From NCBI GenBank assembly GCA_963693365.1, contig CAVNZM010000002.1, positions 17,269,615 to 17,333,614 of the forward strand: DNA of 64,000 bases. Direction: 5' to 3'. The notes below the pieces were generated by a model. That model searched no databases and was not told the DNA's origin. It worked only from the letters and a program-made list of their open reading frames with translations. Below are positions 45,477 through 59,310 of this stretch, piece by piece. This stretch comes from Amoebidium appalachense. Its lineage: Eukaryota > Protista > Ichthyosporea. A program made the position numbers and the translations under genes. Within the stretch, counting starts at the first letter, position 1, and each line of letters begins with the position of its first letter.

Positions 45477-48039
45477 CCAGGAGGGGGGGGGGGGGGGGAG
45501 GGGGAGGGGGCCTGTACCATTCCCTTGGACGGTCTTCGGTAGGGGCAACCCTCCAATCCTAGACGCCACCTCCAAATCGAGCAGCCAGAAAAACATGATA
45601 TTATGTATTTACGTTTTAATATAACCTCCTGTCATTGGTTTTCTATAATTTTTTCCATGCTGTTTACAAACACAGAGACCTGCCGGGGCGGCCTCGAACA
45701 GAAGCCTACAAATAGAAGCCGAGATGTGGAGACAAATGGTTGAACATTGCCCAAACTCACCCCCAAAAATATCCATAAAATCGCAAGAACAGCCTAGTTC
45801 TCACTAGTAAAGGCACACTTTTAGCGTTTTATTTGGCTTCCCCAGGGTGTTATTGCATAAGGGTGGTTTGCATCCGTAAGCATCCTTCAAAGATCATCAA
45901 ACATGCGCCTCCACTTTTGGACAGCAATCGATCACAGAGCGAAAACCACAAAGCACGTTCGAAACCATTGAAACTGAATAAATAACGCAAGCAAGCCTCC
46001 CATGGACATAACGGCCTTTATTGTGTCTTATCAAGAGCTTGATAATCGACTGACGTACAGTGAGGCATACAGTTCATGTGCCAAGCAAAAGTCACCAGAA
46101 AGGGATGGCAAAAGACCGTCGAGTAGGCTTTGCAGTGTGCATGCATCACACCTGTACACACACTACACCCGCACATTTTTGCATACAGGCGCGCACACTC
46201 TTACACGCGCTCACACGAACAGCGTCTCTATCCCTCCCTCCCCTCAGCTCCCGCGTCAACATTTATCCCTATGAAGGGCCGCACTGTGCATCCTGACATC
46301 ACCAACAACAAATACTCACACCCGCGTGCACACACACGCACACACACACGTACACACACACACACACATACACACACACACGTGTGACACGTACACACAC
46401 ACCTGTTGCAAAGCATTAAACTCTTAAATACGCTGTAAGCACACCATGGGCACGTTTAATACCGCTACCCCACTTCAGCGTTACTCGAATCCAACCTGCA
46501 CAAGAATACTGGAGTAGGGGTTAAGGGAGAGAAGCAGCTGGGAGGAAAGTGAGGGAGGAAGCTGGCTCTGCACAGCTGGAAGCCGTGTGCGCAAGCGCGC
46601 GTGTGGACTCGGCGGAAGGGGGAGGGGGGGGGAGGGGGGGAAGGGGGGGGGGGGGGCGGGGATGGGGGGGTCGACTGGGAGGGGGGAATGACCTTAAGCA
46701 CAGATAGATAGGTGGGGGGTGGGGGGAGAGGAGGCAAAGTGAGCTAGAGAGGGAGGGAGAGAGACAGAGAGGGAGAAAGACACTCACTAGATCTAGAGGA
46801 AGCTTCAGGGGGAGAGAGTGTGACAGGCAGAGAGGGAGAAAGCCTTGCAGGGAAAGAGAGGGAGGGGAGGGGAGAGGGGGGGAGGGGTTACGGAGGCTTG
46901 GGAGGGGGGCGGAGAGAGGGGCCTCGGGGGAGGGAAGGGGGCACAACCTCCTAGCCTGAAGTTTAGCTGAGGAAGAGGAGTGGACACCAAGCCAGGTCCT
47001 ACCCCATCCCCCCCCCCCCCCCCCCCCATCCCCCCCCCCATCCCCCCCCCCCCCCCCCCCTCTTCCCCCCCCCATCCCCCCCCCCCCCCCTCCCCCCCCC
47101 CCCCCCCGCTCCGTGAGGTATACATGGTGCGGCGTGCTTGTGTACACTGCGGTCGTGCAATACTCTGAAGGAGCGACGTGGGTGTGTGCACGGTGAGAGT
47201 GAGGGCTGTGGCTGGCGCCCTTGACATATTGTGTAAATAGGTGTGCCACCATCACATTGGTGCGTGTGTGAATGAGCGCGCACGCAGCTAGACAAAACTC
47301 GGTTTGGGTAAGAGGTGTGTGCTTTGGTTTGCAGTCGACGTCGACGGCGGTGTTTTTGTTTCGCTATGCGCAGCGCGTGGCCCATTCAACAGTGCGAGTC
47401 CGGCGGCTCAGCTCAGAGCTGCAGCCATTCTGAGATTGGAATGTGGCTTCACGAATTGGTTTTTTACTAATTGATTTGGGGTGGATGGAGGTGTATGTGA
47501 CAAAACAATAATAGCTTTACATATACTTTCTCTACAACAATTCCACTTACATTTCCTGTTAGACAACTAAAATTGATAATATAAACCTTTTTTCCGCTTC
47601 GAAAAATAACCATTTCTACGAGAGTTACGTGCGTTTGTATGAGGGTGGCTTCTAGGATTGGAGTGTTGCCCCTAAGTAACGTTCAGAAAGTTTGATATTT
47701 TTGGTTGGTAAATACCTACGACCGCCATGGACCAAACATATACGACAAACGCTATTTGAAGGAATGCAGATTTATCGCCTTCTGCTATATAAATCACTTT
47801 CGGCCCAACGAGCCCTGGCAGTCAGTCGGTCGACGCTGGCGCCGAATTTCGGTCGACTGTGACAGACAAAAGGGTGTGGGGTACAGTATCTAATCACTAA
47901 ACATCGATCGTTCCATTCATTATTGCAGGTGGCCCAGACACATTCGTATATTCGGGCCGACCCAGCTACTTCACTTGTTGATAGCCACCCGCTGTAATTA
48001 CAATCGCGCGGCATACTAAGATTAGTGATTTAGTCCACC

Positions 48040-50185
48040 ATGTGGAAGGTCCTTGTAGCCGGGCTTCTGCCCTCTGTTCTTGCCGCCACGGTCAGTGTCA
48101 ATGTGGGCCAGGACGTTGCTGCGGCCATTGCTGGCGCCGCCCCCGGAGACACGGTCATCCTGGCCAGCGGAGAGCACGCCATCAGCGGACCCTTAGTTGT
48201 GAACAAGAACCTGACCATCAAGGGCGCCGATGCAAACACGATCATCAAACCTCCTGCCAGCGTGCCCCACGCATTTGAAACAGGAAGCCCTAACGTGCAT
48301 CTCAAGCTGGAGTCGTTGAGCTTCAAGCACCGCACACTGGGTACACTGTGCACACTGGCCACCCCTTATGCCCTGCAGGCCAACTTCTCACTGAACATCG
48401 TCAACCCCAACGTCCGCAACAACAAGGTCAACCTCGAGGCCGACCTGGGCTACTGGTACGAGACACGCTACGTCACAGACATCTTCTTTGCCAACTGCGG
48501 CTACATGAATGACGGCGACTATGCGGGCCAGACAGACCCCAAGCTGACGGGCTACACGTGGCTGCTCTATACAGACACCTGCCATGGGGCTGTGCGCTTC
48601 AGCGTGCACTTCCCCAAGCTGGCAAACTGCGGCGTGGCCATCGACAAGACGTCCGACCCTGCGTTTGTCAAGTATCTTGCTGACGTGGAGGCGCACATGA
48701 AGGAGCACGTAGACAAGGTCAGCAACACAAAGGCCCTGCGTGTGCCCGTGGACCGTGACGGCAATGCTGTGGCCAAACTGCGTGTGCAGATCAACCGCGA
48801 GGGCACCGTAGCAGCCACCATCACGGTCAACTACCCACAGGCCGACCTGCAGGCCACCATCACCAAACTGGGTGTGAAGGCGGTAGACGGCTACAACACA
48901 TCCACCATCGTGTTGACCGTCAACCTGCCTGCCCCCTACACCATTGCCAACATGGCCACGGGCAACCTCACCCTCACCGAGATGAACATCCCCTCGGCCA
49001 ATGCAACACAGTGGGTGGCCGGGGGAGGCCTGTGCCAACCTGCAGCCCAGCGACCTGTGCAACCAGACCATCACCTTCAACATCACCGCATGTGATCTGA
49101 CGGGCCAGTACGTGGCTACCAAGGTGCCTGTTGTGTGCCAGGCAGGGGTCAACGCAGACTCTTGTGCCGTGGGTGGGGGCTCGCTTGCCGACATCACGTT
49201 CTTCATCAGCACAAACAACTTCTGCAACGTCACCGAGGTCAACCTCTCAGCCCTGTTCACCCTGGACGTGCAGTTGCGCACCGACAACACCTATGCGGCA
49301 AATAGGCCCACATCCATCTTCAACCTGGGCGAGCTCTCCTATTGGTCGCTGCGCCTGTGGACCAATAGCTCTGGTGTGGGCCTGTCCAACGCCATTGTCA
49401 CCAAGGTCACCCGCACGGCCAACACAGACTGCAGCGTGTACACTGACCCCTATGCAGACATCACGGCCCTTAGCCAGACCTTCCGCGGGCTTCTTACACC
49501 CCCCGAGATCCAGATGCCCATGCCCGTCACCGCCGCATTCACCTGCGCATCTGCCGCGGCCTCCTCCAGTGACGTCACCATCACTTGGACCGTGCTAGTC
49601 GACTATCTGGACGAGACAAAACGCCGCCGCCGCCGTCGTGACACCACGTTTGTGCGGCGTGACTCGGGTGAGCTGGAGACATCAGGCGGGTTTGGGACAA
49701 AATACTCGGAGAGTGACCTGAAGGCAGCCACTAGGCCAGTGGGAACGGAGGAAACATCTGGAAACAGCACGACCATCATTGTAGCTGTGGTAGTGGCACT
49801 GTGCCTGTGCACGTGCTGCTGCTGCTGCACCGTGCTTTTCTTCATGTGGCGGCGAAGAAAGCACCAGAACGACAAGGAGCAGGCCCTCATTGCACAGACA
49901 CACGACGTGTTTGCCTCCCAGCCCCAGTTTGCTACGTCAAATATGACCCTTCAATCTGCGTCTGTGCCCGGATTGACCGCGTCAAATATGAACCTTAGAT
50001 CCCCGTCACAAACCGGATTAGCTCCCATGAGCCTTAAATCACCCTCGCAGACCCTTCGAACTCCCTCCCAAACTGGATTCGCAACTAACGCGGGCCTAAA
50101 AATTCAATCTCCGTCCCAGACCCTCCAATCACCTTCAAATATTGCCCTCCAGTCTGGAAGTTTAGCTAGCCTGCGTAAAGTGTAA
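48040..50185 (+). CDS. Intronless single-pass type I cell-surface protein (~714 aa once a +1 G at 49021-49025 is removed), with ZP-module-like architecture
   Basis: Signal peptide MWKVLVAGLLPSVLA; beta-helix-cap-like AAIAGAAPGDTVILASGEH; Cys-containing beta-rich ectodomain; furin-type KRRRRRR; TM IIVAVVVALCLCTCCCCCTVLFFMW followed by RRRK; S/T/P-rich tail. ORFs 48040-49095 and 49001-50185 join at GCC GGG[G] GAG with continuous high-GC3 codon usage. Confidence 0.8.
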
Positions 50186-50602
50186 AGACTTAGTGCCCTG
50201 AAGTTGTTGAGAAAGGACCTCTTTTTTTTTGGTTTCTTTTAAAGCCAGTTGCTGGGCTCACTGGCGGCACAAGAATCAACCAACCAAAAAATAGCATAGC
50301 TTTTGCTCACTTTGCATGATGCGCACATTTTAGGCGTTAGGTTTTCGCTGGGCCGTTTGTGGTTTTTAGTAAGGGAATTCACTTTCAGGCTGACTACGAA
50401 ATCATTCTTTTACTAACTAGATCCGTTATTAGGCACCGACTGCCACAATTAATTAATGCGGAGTAATAAACACAAACTCTGTTGCCTGAGTCGCGACGAC
50501 TGTGTGTGGGATAATATACTGACACATGTGCATACACCGCCGTGCACAGCGCTTGCACACTTGCACAACTCTACGACTCAGGGGCGTTTTTTTTTTTTTT
50601 TT

Positions 50603-50633
<31 letters not shown>

Positions 50634-52618
50634 GGGATAGAAAACAATAGTGAGGGAGGACCCTCGGGAGCGGGGGTATATTTTTTTTTTTTTGGAGGGG
50701 GGGGGGGGTAGAGAACGATAGTGCACCGTGGCAACCGTTCACACACACACACTGTGCCGCAGGCACATGCACTCCGGGCCCGCATGTACGCACGGGAGCA
50801 GGCGCTGCGCCCCACACACACACACACACACATATCCCCCCACAGCCACAGACGCAATATCCACACCAACCCACCAACCCACACATCCTGCATGGGACCG
50901 AGGCAAACACACCCACCCAACGTGACACACAAACACACATGCACACACACACACACACACGTCACTGTTCGCGCCTTTCACACACAAACGCGCGCACACA
51001 CAGACATTCATATGGCATACACAAGTTACACACGGCAAACGTACACACTGGGTGCCCCGCCACCAACGCCGAGCATGTTGCTCGCCGGAACACACACACA
51101 CTGTACTGACGGGTTGAAGTGATTCTGCCCCCCCCCCCCCCCCCCCGTGCCCACCCGCCACCAGCATCACACACACATACAAATGCGGGCCAGTTGCCGC
51201 TAGCAACTAGCCTACTCTTTGTTGTAAGCCTTTCCTCTATAAAAGCGGAATCATCCCCCAACGAATATTATCTTGTATTGCTATGTGGCCCTCAGGCTAT
51301 TTATAAGTGTTCCGAGGCAGTGACCACACACATGCCGCAGCCTTGCAGTTGTAGTTTAGTGGGACGATCTGGGGGGAATATTCTCAGAGATCTCCAGACC
51401 TAACATGTTGCCTAAGTGCTGTAAAAACAGACACTAGGCTAGGCTCAGTAATGATTCGATGTGTGGGAGAAAACAGGGAACCAAGTTTCCTTTTTTTTTG
51501 TCTTTTAGTGGGGAAGGGGCGGCGGAAGAGGGGGGGTAGGCGGGGTATGTGGGAAAACTTTGGTACCAAGGCACATGTGCCCATCAGTCATACATAACAC
51601 ACACAGACAGACAGGCAAGCACACACCAGCGCCACATGTACACAGTGTTCCCCCCCCCCCTCCCCCCCCCCCCTCCCCCCTCCCCTCCCCCCCCCCCCCC
51701 TCCCCCCTCCCTCCCCCCCCCCTCCCCCCCCCTCCCCCTCCCCCCCCCCCCCCCCCCCCCCCCCCTCCCCCTCCCCCCCCCCCCCCCCCCCCCCCCCCCC
51801 GCCCCCCCCGCCTGCCCTTCCTCCCCCAACGAATATGGCGCCCCGATCGTGATATGATAAACACACACATGTCATGAATGCATTCGAGTCATCACAAACA
51901 CACATACATTCACACACATGGCCCCGCATACCTTTTGACACATGTGTCCACATACATACCGCATGCCACCTTGCACTGCACATGCACACATGACCCATCC
52001 TTACCCATGCATCACGAGCCTTGTGCACACACACGTGTGCAATCACATATGTAGGCCACTTCAATTAGCCAAGCATTACACCCTTGGCAGATTTGCACAC
52101 CCACGCCAGGGAATCAGCATGTGTGCATACGCACCGTCTATCTGTCGTAACGTGACTCATGCCTGGTCCGACAAAGATATGTAAGTGTGAGTACACCTGC
52201 TACGCACTAGGCTGTGCCCAAATCTCGACATATAACTTCCGTGTTGATTCTTGTGACCCAAGCATGTGCACGTGTACAAGTGTCCTGTCTGTTGCAGATA
52301 CAAAACGTGTCTAGGTGGCTGCAGGGTGCTTGAGGAGTGGATGGGGGAAGGGGGTCCGAGAGAGGGAAAGTAGGGGGATGGGCAAGATTTTAAAGGTCGG
52401 GGAGGGAGGGAGAGGTGGGGGGAGCTGGGAGGGCTGGGCGCGGGGGGAGGGGGTGGGGGGTGGGGTGGGGGGGGGGGGGGGGGGGGGGGGGGTCAAGGGG
52501 GTCGGGCCTCCGGGGCTGTGGATCAACCAATGATCTTGCAGTGAAACGGCAATTTGATTGGATGCCCAGTAGGTGGCGTCACCAGATTCACCCCACCTAC
52601 AGAAAGAAAGGCCGACCC

Positions 52619-52661
<43 letters not shown>

Positions 52662-52946
52662 GGGGGGGAGGGGGGCAAAGTCACTTGAGCCACAATCGAG
52701 ATCCAATAGACGCCAGGCTACAGTGTTGCCCGTTTGCAACCCAGGCAACCGAGCAAAGCTTATAGGGCAGGGAGATATGCCAAATATCCCACACAAACCA
52801 TGCATCTCAGATATGCCAAGTATTTTCCTACCTCTCCACAGCAAGCAGGGAGAGAGGAAATATTTCCCTCCTTTTCCTCTGCCAGGCAGGCATGATACCG
52901 TGACATATAATGCACTTGGGCCTGCAACAGGGGCGGGCGTGGAGAG

Positions 52947-53024
<78 letters not shown>

Positions 53025-53182
53025 CGGTGTGTGTGTGTGTGTGTGGAGTTGGAGGGGGAGGGGGTGGAGTGGGTGGAGACAAGGTGCGGCAAAGTAATAG
53101 AGGGGTATTTGTGCATTGAAGTCTCTGCAATGAGTGGGGGGAGTTGTGGGAGGGGTCACAGTGGAGGCAGGAAAGAAAGGAG

Positions 53183-53226
<44 letters not shown>

Positions 53227-54175
53227 TGGGGGGGGGGGGGGGGGGGAGTAGATGAGGGGGGGACTCGGGGGGGGGGGGGGGGGGGGATTTTGTGTCGAAA
53301 CGGAGGGGAGAGGCCCGGTGAGGGAGGGGTTCGTAAAAGAGGGAAAGGGTATTCAATCTGAGAGTCGAGAGAGGGGGGCCAACACCAGTAACAGGCATAG
53401 AAGGAAGATGTTTCCAGGACCCCCTCCTCCCCGACGTGAGAAATAACTTCACACATCCACAGCTCATGCATGCTGGGAATGACTACGGCACTCACATGTA
53501 TCCGACCCATCTAATTGGTCATCTTACCCACATTATGTTGCTAAGCCTTCACTCGGTGCACTGTGTGGAATTCAATATTCGAGCTGAGTTTGAGATCATT
53601 TAAGGCCTGATACATTCAAAACCCAACAAATTTCAAACCCCCCCCCCCCCACCACCACACACACACACACACACGCCCCGCCCCGGCTGAGTCAGTCTCC
53701 GAAAAAATCTCGAAGAAACGACATCCCCAAGGACCGGTCATTCACCCACCCGGGACCCATTAGCCGGTTTAGCCCCCCCTCCCCCCTCCCCCCCCCCCCC
53801 TCCCCCTCCCCTCCCCACGCGGGCCACGTCACACGGCTGAGAACCCACCCAACCACATACCTATTGCCCACTCTTTCATACTTTTTTGTCCCTCCTGGTA
53901 TGATGAATACGTCTGCGTGCCTGGCTTTGCTATTTTTAGTAATTCCTGAGCTCACTTGTTTTGGAAATGGTGGTCGCGGTGAGTCTGCTTTTATCCGCCC
54001 CCAAACAATGGGGGGGGGGGGGGGGGGGGAAGGGGGGGGGGGGAGGGAGGGAGGAATATGCAGGGCCCGTCTTCCATTTGCATGGATTCATTGCCTTTTC
54101 TGGCGGGCTTAAAAGTTTGATTGGCAACCCGTTTCCACCAGGTCCCGCATGCCCGCGGGAACGTGGGGGCATGCG

Positions 54176-54270
<95 letters not shown>

Positions 54271-54399
54271 GGTGTGCAAACGTGTGTGTGCGCCCGTGTG
54301 CATGTGTGCATGTGTGTGTGTGTGTGTGTATGTGTGTGTGTGTGTGTGTGTGTGCAAGCCTGTGTGCGTGCTCCCGTGTGTGTGTGGGTGTGTGTGTGG

Positions 54400-54430
<31 letters not shown>

Positions 54431-54454
54431 CAAACGTGTGTGCGTGCACCCGTG

Positions 54455-54489
<35 letters not shown>

Positions 54490-55536
54490 CGGTGAGTGTG
54501 TCCTTACGCAAGGGTGTATGTGTGCAGCCCTGTGGTTGCTGTGATTTTGTGGCATCGAAAGGCTGATACTGCATTTTGATTGGTTGCCTTGTACCCTGCA
54601 CCAGCTGGCGGGTTGGATTCTGAGTCTGGTTGCTGCTCGGATGCTCCTGGTTTACACCCCCCCCCTCCTCCCCCCCCTCCCCTCTCTCCTCCCACACCAT
54701 ATCCCACCTGCTCTTCCCTTATTCTCTCTTATTGGCAGACAGGTTCCTAGGTTCTCCTCCCCCCCCACCCTCCCCCCTCCCCCCCCCCAAAAACATTTCA
54801 CCCCCTTCCCCACCCGGTCCCCCGTGACCCGGTCCTGGGACCCTGCGCCTCCCGTCTGTGTACCTTCCCCCCCCCCCCCCCCCTCCTTCCTCACTGCCCT
54901 CACCCAACCCTTCTATTATGTACCCCTCTACATACCCCCGCCCCCTCCCCCTCCCCTCCCACTCTGCTTCCCCGTTTGCACATTGGGACTCCAACCCGAT
55001 GGGGTAATCATTAGTAAGACCTTTTGCTCTGCCCTTTCCGTCCCTCCCCCACCTCAACCACCCCACCTCCCCTCCCCCCCTCACCACACACACACACACT
55101 CCACGGAGAGTCCATAAGTAAAGGCCACGGGTGGCTGCTGAACTGAAAATTCATATTTTTTGAGCGGTTCCTCATTGGCTGGTTGCAGCATCATTTCAGG
55201 ACACAAGGCGGTAAGAGCTAGTGGTCAATGGCTGTAATGCTTTAGTCCTTTGATTTGCTCTACTAATAATAATATTATTATTAGTTGTCCTTGTTGAAAC
55301 ATGTGTGGCCACTGAGGGAGGGGGGCGCGGAGGAAGGGAGGGGGGGGGGGAGGGAGGGAACGGAAGAGTGGGTCTCACGAGAGGGAGATCGGATGAGGAA
55401 AGACTGAAGAAGGTTACCACGACTTATGCGAGCGCATGTACTGAAAGCACATGTGTGTGTGTGCACACGTGTGCATCCGCGCGCGCGCGCGCGCGCGCGC
55501 GTGTGTGTGTGCGCGCACACACAAGCGCGTGAGTCC

Positions 55537-55567
<31 letters not shown>

Positions 55568-55723
55568 TGTGTGTGTTTGTGTGTGTGTATGTGTGTTTGT
55601 GTGTATCTGTGTGCAGTGTGCATGTGGTTGGTGCGTGTGTATGTGGAGGTGCCATTGTCTTGTGTTGTGTATGTGTGTGTATCTGGTTTGTGCATGTGTG
55701 TGTATGAGCGTATACGCGCGCGC

Positions 55724-55798
<75 letters not shown>

Positions 55799-55805
55799 GC
55801 GTGAG

Positions 55806-55850
<45 letters not shown>

Positions 55851-55864
55851 ATGTGTGTATGCAT

Positions 55865-55914
<50 letters not shown>

Positions 55915-56270
55915 GGTCCGTGTGCACATCCCCCGTGTGTGTCTGTAACTGTATGTACGTGTAATACGGTTGTGTAACCGTGTATGTGCGTAGCAGGGTC
56001 GCACTGTTTGGTCCGGGTGTTCATGTAACTGTGCACACATGTGCCGGCGTGTTGATACTTTGTGTATAGAGTCCAAGTACAGCCGATATTCTTGCTTTTT
56101 ACTGCTTGTAGTGTCAGGGATGTGCGAACTGTGTGTGTGTGGGGGGGGGGGGGGGGGGGGGGGGAGGGGGAGACGGGGGGAGGGGAGGGGGGCAGGGGGG
56201 ATAGAACCAAAAGTGGTGCACTGTCTTCTTCTTTTTTTTTTTTTTTTTTTTTTTTTTGTTGTTGTTGTTG

Positions 56271-56304
<34 letters not shown>

Positions 56305-56484
56305 ATACACTCCACTGAGTATACTAATGCCAAAACAAAACGTGAGGGGCGCAGTAAGTTCTGTTGTTTGATGTGATATTTTTTAATTTCCTTTTTATTG
56401 TCTCTTCTTCTCTTTTTGTTCTTTTTTTTTTTTTTTTTTTTGGGGGGGGGGGGGGGGTTGTCTGTGCGCGTTTTTTTTTTTTTT

Positions 56485-56535
<51 letters not shown>

Positions 56536-56950
56536 CTGGGTGCGTGTTGGTGGGTGGGTGGGTGGTGGTGGTGGTGGTGGGGGGAGGGGGGAGGGGGGGG
56601 GGGGGGGGGTGTTCAACCCAACGCACCCGTAATAAATATGCACATACTATCCAGTTTTATCCTTTTTTATATCCAGGATACCCCCTAAATCACACCCCTG
56701 ATATTTCAACGTACCCATATTCGGAACACGAGTCACTTATACATTGTGACTGATTATGTTATCAATGCATCCGATCCAAGCTTATTCGATAAATTCGATA
56801 TTTATAGACCTCTTAGTGGCCGTAAATTGGAAAATAACCCCGTTGGCTTGTAATTCCCTGGGCCAAAGTTACAGTGAACGCAAATTTCAACTCTGTGGCT
56901 GAGGTGGTTAGGGTTGAAGAAGAGAAATCCGAACATAACATCACACACTG

Positions 56951-56988
<38 letters not shown>

Positions 56989-57005
56989 CCCCCCCCCCCC
57001 CCCCT

Positions 57006-57037
<32 letters not shown>

Positions 57038-57371
57038 CCCCGCCCAAAAAAATAAATAAATAAATAAATAAATAAATAACTTGAAATTAAAATAAATAGG
57101 CTAAAATAAAATTCAACGGGAAAAAAGAAGGGTTTCGCCACAAACTCACACGTGCTAGCGCTTAAATATCTCGGCATCGCACTATCACCATCCACAGTAC
57201 ACAGCATCAAACCAGTGAAGCCGTCAGTTAGCCGATTATTGATCGATCTTCACCTGCTTCGTTGTGTGGCTCTGACATTATCCGGGACCACAAATTTCCT
57301 TTATTCAGCCCCCTCCCCCCCCTCTCCCCCAATCCCCCCCCTTCCCCCTCCCACCTCAGCCCCCCCCCCCC

Positions 57372-57406
<35 letters not shown>

Positions 57407-57719
57407 ACCACCACCACGGTCTGCTGATAGGATTTTCGAATGCCTCAAAGGCCTTGCCATACAGGCAAGCCGGGGTTGTTGTTTTTTTTTTTTTTTTTTT
57501 TTTTTTTGGGGGGTGGGGGGGGGGGGGGGGGGGGGGGATCAAGCTCGGAGGGGAGGGGGGGGGGGGGGGGGATCAGGCTCCGGGGGGGGGGGGGGGGGGG
57601 GAGGGGGGGGGGGGGGGGAGGGGAGGGAGCCTTTGAAGAAAGGAGGAGGGGGGGGGGGGGGGGGAAGGGGGGAGCCCTTGAAGAAGGGGGGGGGGGGGGG
57701 GGGGGGCATATGGCCATAT

Positions 57720-57752
<33 letters not shown>

Positions 57753-58401
57753 ACTGGGTGTTTATTTACGTTGCCGCCAACCCCAGAACAGCTGTAGAAC
57801 AACCGGCACCGCGGAGGCACTAGCTAGCCCAACCCTCACCGGTCAGTTATATCATTTCGGCAGTAGCGATTGGGAGGAGAAAGGCCGCGCACGTCTTGAC
57901 CGTACTTGGGCGTATGTACGAGACTGGATCCGACTCGGCCACGATTCTAGATTACTGTTTTGCTGAGATCGCGATTGCAAGATTTATTCGATTTACTGTT
58001 GTTAGGCTAGCCCCCCAGGGGCCTGCTTTTGTCACATGCTTCAAGCAAGCTTGCGGCCCCAAATTCACGACCTGTTGCATTCGTTTCGTTCGCTTATGTT
58101 TCTTGTTTGTTTCACTTCTCTCCCCCTCACCTACAAAAAAAAGTAGTTACGTAGCGATACATATGTTTAATACAGTTGCCGTTGGTCATACAAGACGCGT
58201 TGATAGTCGGCGTATAAACCTTTAAAGCGCCAAGTGGCTATTCCAGACTTTCCCTTGTGCATCGTTTACATCGATGGGCGGTGGCCGTACAACATGCTAA
58301 CAAAAGTCTGTAGAGCCTAAAACTATTATCACCACAACTCAACGCAGCAAACATATTACAGGTATAAGAAACTTTATGCGGATAAATAGCACACCAGAAC
58401 T

Positions 58402-59310
58402 ATGAAGCGCAGCTTTGACACATCTTCTGGGACGGCACCGCCCAAGCCCGATGGGGCAAACGATGCCTCCAACCCCAACAAGAAGAAACGAAAGACGAGT
58501 GGAAAGAAGAAACTTCCCGTTACATACGTGCCCATGGAGAAGGGATGGGGAAAGAGTGGGCACCAGAAGATCATCTCTGAATACCATACGATTGTAAAGA
58601 AAATAGAAGCAACAAAGGCAGATGGCGAGCTTGGAAAGAAGGAAAAGGAGGCGATAGTTAAAGAGTTGGAGGGAGAGCTGGAAGAGATGGGTGGGCTGGA
58701 AAGGTATCAGCGTGCCTCACAGAGGGGGGAGAAGTTGCATGCTGGCTTTAACACGGCAACGTGGGTGGTGGACACGTTGAGGGAGCTGGGAATGTTAAAG
58801 AGATCTAAGGAGGAAGGGAGGAAAATAAGGCTGTTGGATATCGGCGCTTTGGGGGAGAATTATGCCAAAGAGAAAGCCTGGATTGAGTGCACGGCAATAG
58901 ACATAAACTCGCAACACCCTTTCGTGAAAGAGATCGATTTTTTTGAATTTCCCTTGAAAGAAACTAGGTTTGATGTGGTTTCCCTCTCGCTCGTGGTCAA
59001 CTTTGTGGGTGATGTGAGGAAACGCGGGGAGATGATCAAACGGGCTCGAGAGCATTTGACGGAAGGAGGATTCATGTTTCTTATTCTCCCGTTGCCATGT
59101 GTTGTGAATTCCAGATACATGAATGAGGAACTGTTACTGAAAATAGCAACGCACGTCGGGTATAAGTTGGTCAAGTCAAAGCAGAGCAAAAAGCTCGCTT
59201 TCTACTGTTTTTCGAAAGTCGAAGAAACGGGTGACAGCACGGGTATTGCGTTTCCGAAGAGGGTTGTGAACAAGGGACCGGACAGGAACAACTTTACTAT
59301 AGTGCTGTAA
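58402..59310 (+). CDS. BMT2: 25S rRNA (adenine-N1)-methyltransferase Bmt2, intronless
   Basis: 302-aa ORF with family motifs IISEYHT, GGLERYQRAS, RLLDIGAL (SAM motif I), IDINSQHP, FDVVSLSLVVNFV, RGEM, LPLPCVVNSRY and C-terminal RNNFTIVL. Confidence 0.93.
   Translation: MKRSFDTSSGTAPPKPDGANDASNPNKKKRKTSGKKKLPVTYVPMEKGWGKSGHQKIISEYHTIVKKIEATKADGELGKKEKEAIVKELEGELEEMGGLERYQRASQRGEKLHAGFNTATWVVDTLRELGMLKRSKEEGRKIRLLDIGALGENYAKEKAWIECTAIDINSQHPFVKEIDFFEFPLKETRFDVVSLSLVVNFVGDVRKRGEMIKRAREHLTEGGFMFLILPLPCVVNSRYMNEELLLKIATHVGYKLVKSKQSKKLAFYCFSKVEETGDSTGIAFPKRVVNKGPDRNNFTIVL

Noticed and set aside
48341-48378. Possible 38-nt GT-AG intron in the surface-protein gene
   Set aside because: Removal shifts the frame, and the unspliced frame is open and protein-like.
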